A stretch of 63,365 nucleotides of DNA, the filler included, from Lentisphaeria bacterium (GTDB lineage Bacteria; Verrucomicrobiota; Lentisphaeria; JABSQK01; JAWLHB01), in assembly GCA_041690595.1 (NCBI GenBank). It is 3 parts of 3 records of this genome, joined end to end, with 100 filler letters (N's around TTAATTAATTAA, not from the genome) between each part and the next. Parts side by side here need not be neighbours in the genome. Positions count along the whole stretch, not along the records: positions 1 to 24,203 come from JAWLHB010000069.1; 2 more parts are not named here. One strand, written 5' to 3'. The position numbers were made by a program, and so were the translations under genes. Shown one piece after another: positions 10,801 through 18,752 of the stretch; position 1 is the first letter of the stretch; each line of letters starts with the position of its first letter. The notes below the pieces were generated by a model. That model searched no databases and was not told the DNA's origin. It saw only the letters and a list, made by a program, of their open reading frames with translations.

Positions 10801-11190
10801 AAACTGGTTGCGCTCGGGGTGTGCGAAGTCGATGAGTTTGGCAACGGGATCGGCTTCTCCGGTGACCTCATTGCGATCCACTTGGGCTTTGAGGAACAAC
10901 CCCTGCATTGTCTCATTGGCCTCCAGTAGCGTGTGGTTGGGCTGGCGCAGGATTTGGTCGCGCAGATCGTCGAGCTGTTGGTCGGTAAGCCAGGGTTTGC
11001 CGCCGGACGTAAGGTTGACGGCGCGGACGGCGTTGCGGAACACCTCGGGGAGAAACCACTCGCGGAAGTTCGTCCGCAGACTCTTTGATGGATCCGAGGG
11101 GATGAAGCCTTGGCCTTGGTCGACAATCTTCCAGCCGAGCGCCGCGAGCTGCTCGAGGAACGGCTTTTCGACGTGGAGGTACTCAGACAC
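7876..11190 (-). CDS. hsdR: Type I restriction endonuclease subunit R
   Basis: IPDIVLFVNGIPLVVVEAK nuclease motif, HTQGSGKS Walker A, DEAH and LLTGFDAP; GTG start overlaps the hsdS stop. Confidence 0.97.
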   Translation of the reverse strand: MSEYLHVEKPFLEQLAALGWKIVDQGQGFIPSDPSKSLRTNFREWFLPEVFRNAVRAVNLTSGGKPWLTDQQLDDLRDQILRQPNHTLLEANETMQGLFLKAQVDRNEVTGEADPVAKLIDFAHPERNQFHAINQFRVDTPGCVKSCIIPDIVLFVNGIPLVVVEAKIGDPNTANPLHAAYEQLLRYRNGRPETIKAGLREGEPRFFYTNLLLVRTCGEKAEFGSITSGHEHFYAWRDIWPESSQAYTPPLGVEREQEKLIQGLLAPAILLDVLRTCTVFMDTDSGRRIKVVCRYQQYRAARKIVDRLRAGKTPESRSGVVWHTQGSGKSLTMVFVARMLRAASDLEDFKILLVNDRVDLEEQLSGTAKLIGGKVNVIESTAQLREHLSTDASDINMVMVHKFTERTEALPAAVAQALTYGGRPVPEPEVLKAADSGGVPYRAIPSSNTFGVVNPSDRIILMIDEAHRTQGSDLGDNVFEAFPNATRIAFTGTPLITEQHGTKRTVKRFGEYIDTYKLMDAVHDGATLQILYEGRTADTAIKDKHGFDTKFEDLFKERSEEEILAIKKKYGATGDLLEAEKRIEAIAKDLVDHYIDNILPDGFKAQVVCHSKLAAIRYQKAIRQALAERVEREKLKPEPDTDLIRRIEFLKVGVVVSSDPTNEPAAITEARKEAKRWNVVENFCRPFDFEDHDKDLTGVAFLVVCDMLLTGFDAPIEQVMYIDKKLREHNLLQAIARVNRVATNKHRGFIVDYIGLANHLTSALSIYSEEDAQDIHDGLKSALSETPILEERYQRLLQHFIAAGVANIEAFIKGQLGSPEADVAVIHAAVGAMKDIKRRADFEVYLKKFLQSLNLILPNPAGHPYRGAARRFGYLLRMVKERYKDDSLDIADAGEKVKALINEHLIDLGINPKIPPVELLSDEFISHVHMHSQGNDEAKASEMEHALRKHCTVHFDEDPAFYTKLSEKLEKLIEQHRNNWKSLSGDLEQLRNEAIAGRTDAVEGLTREATTFYDHVLQLAYDGAGVPPEARAPLKTLMLSIVEMLQDTIGVLDFWKKPLEVKRLRGNIDTEILLANIPALNEKHERLTVEIVKLAEKRHEELIK

Positions 11191-12514
11191 GTGCTGCAAC
11201 TTCTGCGCTGAGGACAGATCTTGTTTCGGGGGTAGCAGAGACGCGTCCGGTGAGGAGGTCTTGCATAAGTCCAGCCCTGATGTTCCGTAGTTTGGCCAAT
11301 TCCTCTGCATAAACATCCAACGTACCATCGATAGAGGCCAGGCGATCACATATGATCTGCTGCTCCTTCGGCTCGGGCACGACGACCGGAAATTGCCGCA
11401 GCTTGGATAAGCTCACCAACTTCTGCGCGTTACCCACGGCGATCCGCTTCGCGTGACGTTGAACGTGCGCGGTCTGAAGCCATCGGGCGAGGAACTGCGG
11501 CCGTACGCGAGGACCTGGCGAGATACAAGCAATATTCCGTTCGAAGGCTGCAGCCATATCAGACACCATCAGTCCGACGCGTCCGATTGAACCAACCACT
11601 GTGAACAATACCATCCCCTCATGGGGTTCCTTGCCCCGGGATATTTCTGAGTACGTCTCCAGGCTGATCCAGGCTGCTCTTTCCCAATTCACGCGTCCCT
11701 CACCAACGCAAGATACGAACAAGAACGGAACCTCTGCTGCCGTCCCTATCTCGCGGCGCACGGATTGGTGGGAGCCATCGGTGAGCCGCACTGTGACACC
11801 GTCAAGGCAATCTGCTACCCACTCTTTGGGGATCCAACCCAGCGGCGACTCCTGGTAAAGCTGCGGAGCCTCCTCTCGATAGGGGCGAATGTGGCCGTCC
11901 ATAGTCACGCCTCGGGTGAAGAGGTCGTGCATCAGGCCGGCCTTGATCTGCTGCGTCTTGGCGATGAGCGCTTCGGTCTGCTCGATGGCCTCGTCGACCG
12001 TCGAGAGGATCTCGGCAATGCGCTGCTGGACTGCCACCTTTGGCACGGGAAACTCGAATCTCTCGAAGACGTATTGGTACAGGTGACTGATGGTCGAGCC
12101 TGCGAGATTCACTCGGAGGAACGTCTCGAAGAGCTCTGATCTCAGCAGCTGATACAAAAAGCGGTGCTTGTAAGAACCGTCTGAGCAGCGAAGCAGGAAA
12201 ACGCCGCTATTCAGAACGGCCTTCTCCGGGCAATCACGCACATATGCAATCTTGCCGATCGTTCCGTCTTTGGTGATCAGGAGATCGCCGTCCCGTACAT
12301 GAATGTAGGCTCCTTCGCGGAAACGCTCCTCGCTTACGTGATGGCACCGAGACCAATCAATACGGCCCGAGTCCAAGAAGTCCGTACCAGTGATGAGAAA
12401 CGGACCATGGTCCAGGAACTCGCTCGCTCGCAGCCCTTGCCAGCCAATACGTCCTCGTAGATAGGAGGACTTCTTGATGGTTGTCGTGGGCCAAGTCGAC
12501 GGCTGCTCAGACAT
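11183..12514 (-). CDS. hsdS: Type I RM specificity subunit S
   Basis: Two TRDs separated by conserved helices ([34 protein letters not shown] and GLMQDLLTG). Confidence 0.95.
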   Translation of the reverse strand: MSEQPSTWPTTTIKKSSYLRGRIGWQGLRASEFLDHGPFLITGTDFLDSGRIDWSRCHHVSEERFREGAYIHVRDGDLLITKDGTIGKIAYVRDCPEKAVLNSGVFLLRCSDGSYKHRFLYQLLRSELFETFLRVNLAGSTISHLYQYVFERFEFPVPKVAVQQRIAEILSTVDEAIEQTEALIAKTQQIKAGLMHDLFTRGVTMDGHIRPYREEAPQLYQESPLGWIPKEWVADCLDGVTVRLTDGSHQSVRREIGTAAEVPFLFVSCVGEGRVNWERAAWISLETYSEISRGKEPHEGMVLFTVVGSIGRVGLMVSDMAAAFERNIACISPGPRVRPQFLARWLQTAHVQRHAKRIAVGNAQKLVSLSKLRQFPVVVPEPKEQQIICDRLASIDGTLDVYAEELAKLRNIRAGLMQDLLTGRVSATPETRSVLSAEVAARV

Positions 12515-15179
12515 AACCAAGCTCCCCGAGAAAACCCTTCAGCTTGGCCGTGGCCGCGTTGCGACGTTGCTCTATGTCGGTCGCGGTCGTGGCGTACTTG
12601 GCGTGCAGGTTCTCGAGCGCAGCGAGGCATGCTCGCTGGTCCGCACGGAGGTACGACTCGTAGGTCTGCACGAGCAGGCGATGCAGCCGATTGATGATGA
12701 CCTTCCGTGCCTCGTCGCGGTCGATCTTCTCGCGGGCAGCCTCGACCAGCTCGTCCTGCTTCTTCTCGGTGGCGCGCAGGTCGGCCTTGAGCTGCTTGGC
12801 TTCGTCTTCGAGGCCCTTGTGCCGTTCCAGCCGGGCTTCACGGGCCTGCGCACGCTCCAGGGCTTCGCGACCATCCTGCATTCGCTCGCGAACGGACTCG
12901 ACGCGTTCCGAAGTGAAGTTGGCCTTCGCCGCCAGCTCGAGGATAACCTGCCCGGCACTGAAGTCGGCATCCTGGGCCGACATGCCGCGGGTAACGTCAC
13001 TCTTCTTCACGCCGTCCGGCAGGACACCGGCCATCTTCATCTCGGTGAAGAGGTCCGTGGCAAGGGCCTTCAGCTCCTTGAGCGCCGTTTTCCAGGTGGC
13101 GTTCAGCTCTTTCAGCTCGTCCTTGAGCGCCTTGACCTGATCTCCCGGCAGCACGCCGACGTCGTCCTCGTCTTCGTAGTCCTCCTCATCGGCCGCGGCG
13201 AAGAGCGCCGTCAGCTCGGCAAGGCGGGTGCGCTTCTGCTCGATCTCGGCGAGGACCTCGGGGAACTGGCTCTCCAGGATGTCAGCGTCGGGGATGAGCT
13301 CAGGCCCCCAGCCGCTGGCAGCGATGGATTTCAGGTCTGCCTTCAGCTCGTCGACGTAGCGGGCGAAGGCGCCACGGACTTGGTGATCATTGAGCAGCTT
13401 GGTGCCGGCAAAGGTGTGCTCGATGGATGCGAGCAGGCTACGGCGCAACGCGTAGACGTTGCCCTTCTTGCCGTTGCTGGGCGCGAGCGCCTCGATGGCC
13501 GGAAGGTGCTTGTCCCACCACGCTTCGAGGGTCTTGAGGAAGGCCTGGTGGGCGGCCGCGATGCTTTTGTCGCCGTTCACGATGTCGGCCAGAGCGCGGC
13601 GGTCAGTGACCTCGGGCGTGAAGTCCAGGTAGGCGCTACTGCCCGACCTCGGCTGGAAGCAACGGGTGCGGAGATCGGGGTAGTTCGCCCAGAAGTGCTC
13701 GAGTGCATCGATCTCACTCTTGGGCACGCCACCATGAAGATGGGCGCGCACATCGTGGGGCTCCGGCGGTGGAGCGTTGTCGACGTAGCGGCGGATGTTG
13801 CAGTTGAAGTCCTCGCGCTCGATCTCCTCCACGGGCACGCGCCGCGCATAGCCGGGGACCTCGTCGCGCTCGCCGCTGCTGAGGGTTCGGTAGGCGTGGA
13901 CGATGCGGGAGATGTCCTCGGCCCGCAGGAAGTTCTGCGCCTTGCCTTCGCGGTAGTCGCGGTCGGCGTTGATGAACACGACGTGCTTGCGCTTGGCCCC
14001 GTCCTTCTTGTTCAGCACGAGGACACACGCTGGGATGCCGGTGCCGTAGAAGAGACCCGCAGGCAGCCCGATGATCGCTTCGAGCCAACCCCGCTCAATG
14101 AAGTGGCGCCGCGTCTCACGCTCCTCGCCGCCACGGAACAGGACGCCGTGGGGCATGACCGTGGCCATCTTGCCGTCGCCCTTGAGCACGGCGAGCATGT
14201 GCTGCACGAACATCAAGTCGGCCTTCTTGCCCTTCTCGGGGAGCCAGACGGCGAAGCGGCCGGGGTACTCGATGTCCTTCTTGATGTAGTTCTGGCTGAA
14301 CGGAGGATTGGCGAGGATGCGGTCGTAGCGCTTGAGCTCGCCGTTGTCGTCCTTGTGCTGCGGCCTACGTATGGTGTCTTCCTGCCGGATGTCGGCGTGG
14401 GCGATGCCGTGCAGGAGCATGTTCATCTTGCAGATGGACCACGTGGTGCCGATGCTCTCCTGGCCGAAGAGCGACAGGTCACGCGGGTCGCCGCCGATCT
14501 CGCGGATGTAGTCCCGGGTCTGGATCAACATGCCGCCCGAGCCGCAGGTCGGGTCGTAGATGCTCATGCCCGGTTTCGGCTCGACGACTTCGACCAAGGT
14601 TCGCACGACGTCGGCGGGGGTGTAGAACTCGCCCGCCTTCTTGCCTGCGGAGTCGGCGAAGTACTTGATCAGGTATTCGTAGGCGGCGCCGAGCAGGTCG
14701 GGGAACTCGAAGTTTTCGTCGCGCAGCGGGATCTTCTCGAAGTTCTGGATGAAGTCCGAGAGCGTGTCATCGTCGAGGGCGCGCTGACCGATCTTGCGGT
14801 TGAAGTTGATGCCCTTGAGCACGTCTTGCAGCGCATCGACGTTCGCGTCTTCGAGGGACTCCAACGCCTTGTTCAGCTCGGTGCCCACGTTGGACTTAAC
14901 GTGGCGAATCTTCGACCAGCGCGCCACTTCGGGAACGAAGAACGTGTACTTATCCGGATTGGCGAGCTGGGCGACGATGACGCTGTCCGCCATGCCCTTC
15001 GCCTTGAGCTCCTTGGCGAGCTGCTCGCGCTCTTGATCGAAGAGGTCGGAGAGCCTCTTCAGGAAGAGCATGCCGAAGATGTATTCCTTGTACTCCGACG
15101 CATCCATGTTGCCGCGCAGGTCGTCGCAGGCCCGGAATAGGAGACTAGACAGCTGAGGCAGCGTGAGCTTGGTCTTCAA
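12507..15179 (-). CDS. hsdM: Type I RM methyltransferase subunit M with a long C-terminal helical extension
   Basis: [15 protein letters not shown] and ANPPF motifs; 890 aa. Confidence 0.97.
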   Translation of the reverse strand: MKTKLTLPQLSSLLFRACDDLRGNMDASEYKEYIFGMLFLKRLSDLFDQEREQLAKELKAKGMADSVIVAQLANPDKYTFFVPEVARWSKIRHVKSNVGTELNKALESLEDANVDALQDVLKGINFNRKIGQRALDDDTLSDFIQNFEKIPLRDENFEFPDLLGAAYEYLIKYFADSAGKKAGEFYTPADVVRTLVEVVEPKPGMSIYDPTCGSGGMLIQTRDYIREIGGDPRDLSLFGQESIGTTWSICKMNMLLHGIAHADIRQEDTIRRPQHKDDNGELKRYDRILANPPFSQNYIKKDIEYPGRFAVWLPEKGKKADLMFVQHMLAVLKGDGKMATVMPHGVLFRGGEERETRRHFIERGWLEAIIGLPAGLFYGTGIPACVLVLNKKDGAKRKHVVFINADRDYREGKAQNFLRAEDISRIVHAYRTLSSGERDEVPGYARRVPVEEIEREDFNCNIRRYVDNAPPPEPHDVRAHLHGGVPKSEIDALEHFWANYPDLRTRCFQPRSGSSAYLDFTPEVTDRRALADIVNGDKSIAAAHQAFLKTLEAWWDKHLPAIEALAPSNGKKGNVYALRRSLLASIEHTFAGTKLLNDHQVRGAFARYVDELKADLKSIAASGWGPELIPDADILESQFPEVLAEIEQKRTRLAELTALFAAADEEDYEDEDDVGVLPGDQVKALKDELKELNATWKTALKELKALATDLFTEMKMAGVLPDGVKKSDVTRGMSAQDADFSAGQVILELAAKANFTSERVESVRERMQDGREALERAQAREARLERHKGLEDEAKQLKADLRATEKKQDELVEAAREKIDRDEARKVIINRLHRLLVQTYESYLRADQRACLAALENLHAKYATTATDIEQRRNAATAKLKGFLGELGYV

Positions 15180-15421
15180 TGATCAAATCCCAGTTGGAGT
15201 CGGCAATTGATAGTCGTTGAGCTCGGCCCGCCCCGCTGAGCCAGGCGTCCGAATCATCAACCGCGGTCGGGTTCCAGTAGCGGGTGTATCCAGATGAATC
15301 TTCCACCTCCCCCTGACCGGAGGCCATATGGCGCTCTCAACTGGTCGAGAGATACCCTAAATTGACGACCGCGTAAATCTGCCCGGAGAGTACCAAAGCA
15401 ATCCGCACGGGCCGCCAAACT

Positions 15422-16040
15422 CTAATCCTTCCAGAAGTCCTTGAACCGATGCGCCGCGAGCTCTGTGTATCGCACGGTGTGCTGGATGTTCCGGTGACCC
15501 AGGTAGTGCTGGATCGCCCGGGTGTCCTGACCGTCATTCGCCAGCTTGTAACCTGTGCTGTGCCGGAGCATGTGCGGATGCACCGGAAAGCCGATCTCTG
15601 CCAGCTCGCGCCAGGATCTTGCGAACGCCGGAGCCCGTCATCGGGCCGCCACGCTCGGTGGCGAACAGGTACGGCGTTTCCGGATAGTCCCGCCGCAGCC
15701 GCCGCAGGGCGCGCAACTGGGGGCCTCTGAGGGGATGCACCGAAGGGACCCCATTCTTCAGCCGCTGAACGTGGATCAGTCCCTGCCTGAGATCCACCAT
15801 GTCCCAGCGCAGCGCCGCCGCCTCCGAGACCCGGAGCCCGTGACGAAACATCATCAGGACCAGGGTGCGGTCCCGGTGCGGGTGCCGACCGGCCTGGCCG
15901 GCGGCGGACATCAGGCGCGCCACCTCATCGGGGGTGAGGTACTCGCGCGGCCGGCTGTCGCGGTTCTTGCGCCGGATGGGCGGCGCAACTTTCCCGTTTT
16001 CGATGGTTGGTCGCGCGCTGGTCTGGGCTTTGAGCGGCAC
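15422..16040 (-). pseudogene. FimB/FimE-like tyrosine recombinase, frameshifted near 15600
   Basis: REYLTPDEV and RHGLRVSE in one frame; HPHMLRHSTGYKLAN..QHYLGHRNIQHTVRYT..FKDFWKD* in another frame, ending at TAG 15422-15424. Confidence 0.9.
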
Positions 16041-16351
16041 GATTTCCGCGAATATGCCCCAACTCTCTCTCCCGTTAACGTACATTTTAGGGAAAGTGAA
16101 CCTGTGCGGCAATCGCGAAAGCAACCCCCGAACGCCAATCTGGCAGAGATGCGTCGCCTGAAGGCTCGCCTGCGCTACCAGGCGCGCCGATACATCGACC
16201 AATTGAGTTCGAGCAGCCTCGTCGAGTATCTCTCCGAGTCTGAACACAGCCGTTTCTTTTATTCGCCCCTCCCTTGGGCCAAAGGTGGACCGCCTCGCCC
16301 TCGCGACCTAGCCTCTCTGAGAATGACTGGGGCGCGTGAAGTGGAATACTA

Positions 16352-16492
16352 GGCGTGATGCCGAAAAGCGAGCCGTCACCTGAATCCTCGGGGGCATAGG
16401 GCGCCAACGCCCGGCGGGGCGACGTAGCAACGCGTCGTAAAACAAGCGGGTTTGACGGGCCCGGTGCCGGGTTCTTCAACGCGAGCAGCGTT
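16352..16492 (+). ncRNA. Candidate structured 5' leader or ncRNA
   Basis: CCGTCA (16373-16378) can pair with TGACGG (16453-16458), enclosing hairpins GGGCG-ccaa-CGCCC (16399-16412) and GCGACGT-agcaac-GCGTCGT (16419-16438). Confidence 0.45.
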
Positions 16493-16570
16493 ATGAAGAC
16501 CACCGTAAATGTGACGGTGGACGTTCACAAGATTGTCTATGCGATTCTTGTGTTCATCCTCCTGATCTGA
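16493..16570 (+). CDS. 25-aa hydrophobic small protein (type I toxin-like)
   Basis: Reads MKTTVNVTVDVHKIVYAILVFILLI*; below the ORF-track cutoff; followed directly by a terminator. Confidence 0.55.
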   Translation: MKTTVNVTVDVHKIVYAILVFILLI

Positions 16571-16580
16571 GTCCACCGTG

Positions 16581-16611
16581 GCCCCGGGTGAAAAACGGGG
16601 CATTTCTCTTT
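16581..16611 (+). terminator. Intrinsic terminator
   Basis: GCCCCG-ggtgaaaaa-CGGGGC followed by ATTTCTCTTT. Confidence 0.6.
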
Positions 16612-16980
16612 GGACGGGAGATCCCACGACTCACGAGCGGCGTTGCCACTGCCTAAGATTGCGCTGGATACCTTCTATTAGGTTTGGCATCACTGCGCCC
16701 GCCTGCCCGACAACGATCCCAGTGGCGAGCACTACGCGAGGTCACCTACGGCACCGGCCAACACCTGCCCACGCTGGCGGATGAGATCGACCGGGGCGTG
16801 AGGGGCATCATCACCGGAACGACGAACACCGAAAATGATGGGTTGGCCTGCCACCATGCGACCACCAAGGGCGCACTAAGACACCCGTTTTCTGGACCCA
16901 GTGTCGGCCGGACAACCCACGATAACATTTCCGCAGTTACGGGCGTATCCTAAGGTGACCGAAACAAAGGGGGTATAGTT

Positions 16981-17544
16981 ATGAACTTCGCTCGATTCTT
17001 CGCTGGGCTCCTGTTTCTAACCGGGACCTATGCTGCTCATGCCTGCCAGTTTGATACTGACTGCAATGTCGGAAGCAAGTGTGTCAAAACCGCGGGCAGT
17101 TTGTACGGCTTTCCTAGTGACAGAGGGTTTCGAACCCACGCTGGTAATACCGGAACCGGCCAAGAGAAAACCAGCATTCGCCTCAAGATTCCAACACAAA
17201 AGGGAGCAATGTGGGCGAGTCCGTTGCCACCTTTCGAGTATCACCTTACGAGGAACGGCGAGTCTGTGGACTTCGCCGAAGAGCTCGAGAACATCGCTAC
17301 CGAGCGAAGCGCTGCAGATGTTCACACTTACATCCATCGATTAGTCAACCTGCTTTACGCGGCCCCTGATGGGATACCCCACCTCGACGCTGAAGAACTC
17401 AGCACCTTCCTAGAGCGGAAACGGGCGGTGGTCCGCCGTGCATTGCTGGCTTATCTGTTGATCGATGCCAATGAGTCCGCGGACTATAGGTATCATCTTG
17501 CAGCCGAGCGGGTGCCCCTCACATTTGGTCGCCACGCACCCTAG
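16981..17544 (+). CDS. Hypothetical protein, possibly chimeric (signal peptide and Cys-rich start fused to an unrelated region)
   Basis: MNFARFFAGLLFLTGTYAAHA-CQFDTDCNVGSKC start; the remainder is Cys-free. Confidence 0.4.
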   Translation: MNFARFFAGLLFLTGTYAAHACQFDTDCNVGSKCVKTAGSLYGFPSDRGFRTHAGNTGTGQEKTSIRLKIPTQKGAMWASPLPPFEYHLTRNGESVDFAEELENIATERSAADVHTYIHRLVNLLYAAPDGIPHLDAEELSTFLERKRAVVRRALLAYLLIDANESADYRYHLAAERVPLTFGRHAP

Positions 17545-17645
17545 TATCGCTGACTGGGCCAGGGCTGAAACCGATCCCACAGAACTCCTGCAAGCGGCAC
17601 TTTAGTGTGTGACGCCCAGGGACGGCGACGGCGCGGGTACCTGCC

Positions 17646-17909
17646 TTAGCTACCAACCTGTTCGACCAGCTGCCGCATTTGCTTCAGGAGCGCCGAGATT
17701 TTTTGTCGCTCGTCGATCGCTTCCTTCGAGTAAAGACCGTGCTTGAAAGCGTTTTTGTTGCCTTTTGGAGCCCCCGTCGCCTTGCCACCGTGCATCCTGC
17801 ATCGCCCGTTTCTCATCCCTGGCGATAAGCAGGACTTCCCGGATCTGGTCCTGGCCCCACATCGCGGGCTCAGGTGCATGGGTGACTTTTGCATGGGCTT
17901 GATCCTCAT
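17646..17909 (-). CDS. HGGxSTG-domain protein
   Basis: RCGARTRSGKSC..GRCRMHGGKATGAPKGNKNAFKHGLYS; 4-bp overlap with the upstream gene. Confidence 0.85.
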   Translation of the reverse strand: MRIKPMQKSPMHLSPRCGARTRSGKSCLSPGMRNGRCRMHGGKATGAPKGNKNAFKHGLYSKEAIDERQKISALLKQMRQLVEQVGS

Positions 17910-18487
17910 TTTTTCCGTTGATCCCCGCCCCCCGGTTGTTCGACTGTCCCGACGACCGCCTGGCCGCCCGCATGGACGTGAACGTGCTCGACGGTGACCT
18001 TCTGTTGAGTCTTGCCCCTGTGCCGGTTGAGAGTCTCGGCGAGCACTGCAAATGTGCGGGAAAGCTTGTTCGCCTGGTTTAGATTTTCCTTCCTTCCTTC
18101 GAAGGTTTGCTCACCCAGCATCGCCCGGCGGTAACATTCCATGGCAGCGTTGTGGGCGGCAAGAAGCTGCGCGGCCATCATGCCTTCCAACACATCCCCA
18201 GGGGAGATCTCACTCAGCGCCTTCACAGTGGCGGTCAATTGGCGGTCGCGTTCCATCGGGCCTGAATTGCTCAGCCATAGAGCCCGCACAGCCTGATCGG
18301 CGAGTACCGTGTTCCAAGCATCGGAGTCCGATCCGCCCATCGCCTTCAGCGTGCCATCCCGGTCTTGCAACTCATCGGCGACTGGCAGGTTCTGAACCTT
18401 GTTGTTGGCGGCTTTTTTCCCCCTCCAGGACGGACCCTGCTCCGGCGGCGAACTCGCCCGAGCAACGGCAGCTTCTTCGGCGCTCAC
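17906..18487 (-). CDS. Helical hypothetical protein coupled to the HGGxSTG gene
   Basis: EGMMAAQLLAAHNAAMECYRRA...QKVTVEHVHVHAGGQAVVG; ATGA overlap with the next gene. Confidence 0.8.
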   Translation of the reverse strand: MSAEEAAVARASSPPEQGPSWRGKKAANNKVQNLPVADELQDRDGTLKAMGGSDSDAWNTVLADQAVRALWLSNSGPMERDRQLTATVKALSEISPGDVLEGMMAAQLLAAHNAAMECYRRAMLGEQTFEGRKENLNQANKLSRTFAVLAETLNRHRGKTQQKVTVEHVHVHAGGQAVVGTVEQPGGGDQRKK

Positions 18488-18607
18488 GGCTGATCACCGT
18501 CCGCATGTACCACCCGGCCCGCGTACTTGCTCATTGGCTAAACCTCTAGGTTTTCGGTGCCGCCACACCACTCACAGTTTCTGACTTCGCCGGCCTTGAC
18601 GCTACAG

Positions 18608-18752
18608 CCCGTGCTCATGGGGGTCATGGTGCCCATGGATCCACCAGCGAACTCTGGATGCGCGTAAATATGCTCTCGGTCTGCAAGTTTCATTCGTTCT
18701 TCCCCCGCGAAACGGGTGAGGGTATGGGCACCATCGGCACTATGAGCACCTT
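18608..18752. repeat. Two inverted arrays of 9-bp direct repeats, candidate replication origin
   Basis: Plus strand GGGCACCAT/CGGCACTAT/GAGCACCTT (18726-18752); minus strand TGGATCCAT/GGGCACCAT/GACCCCCAT/GAGCACGGG (18608-18643); located at the primase stop. Confidence 0.6.

Noticed and set aside
8263..15140. Two 888-aa plus-strand ORFs
   Set aside because: Antisense shadows of hsdR and hsdM caused by high-GC codon bias.
11183..16097. hsdS shufflon driven by the FimB-like recombinase
   Set aside because: No silent TRD cassettes or inverted hsdS copies seen, and the recombinase is frameshifted.
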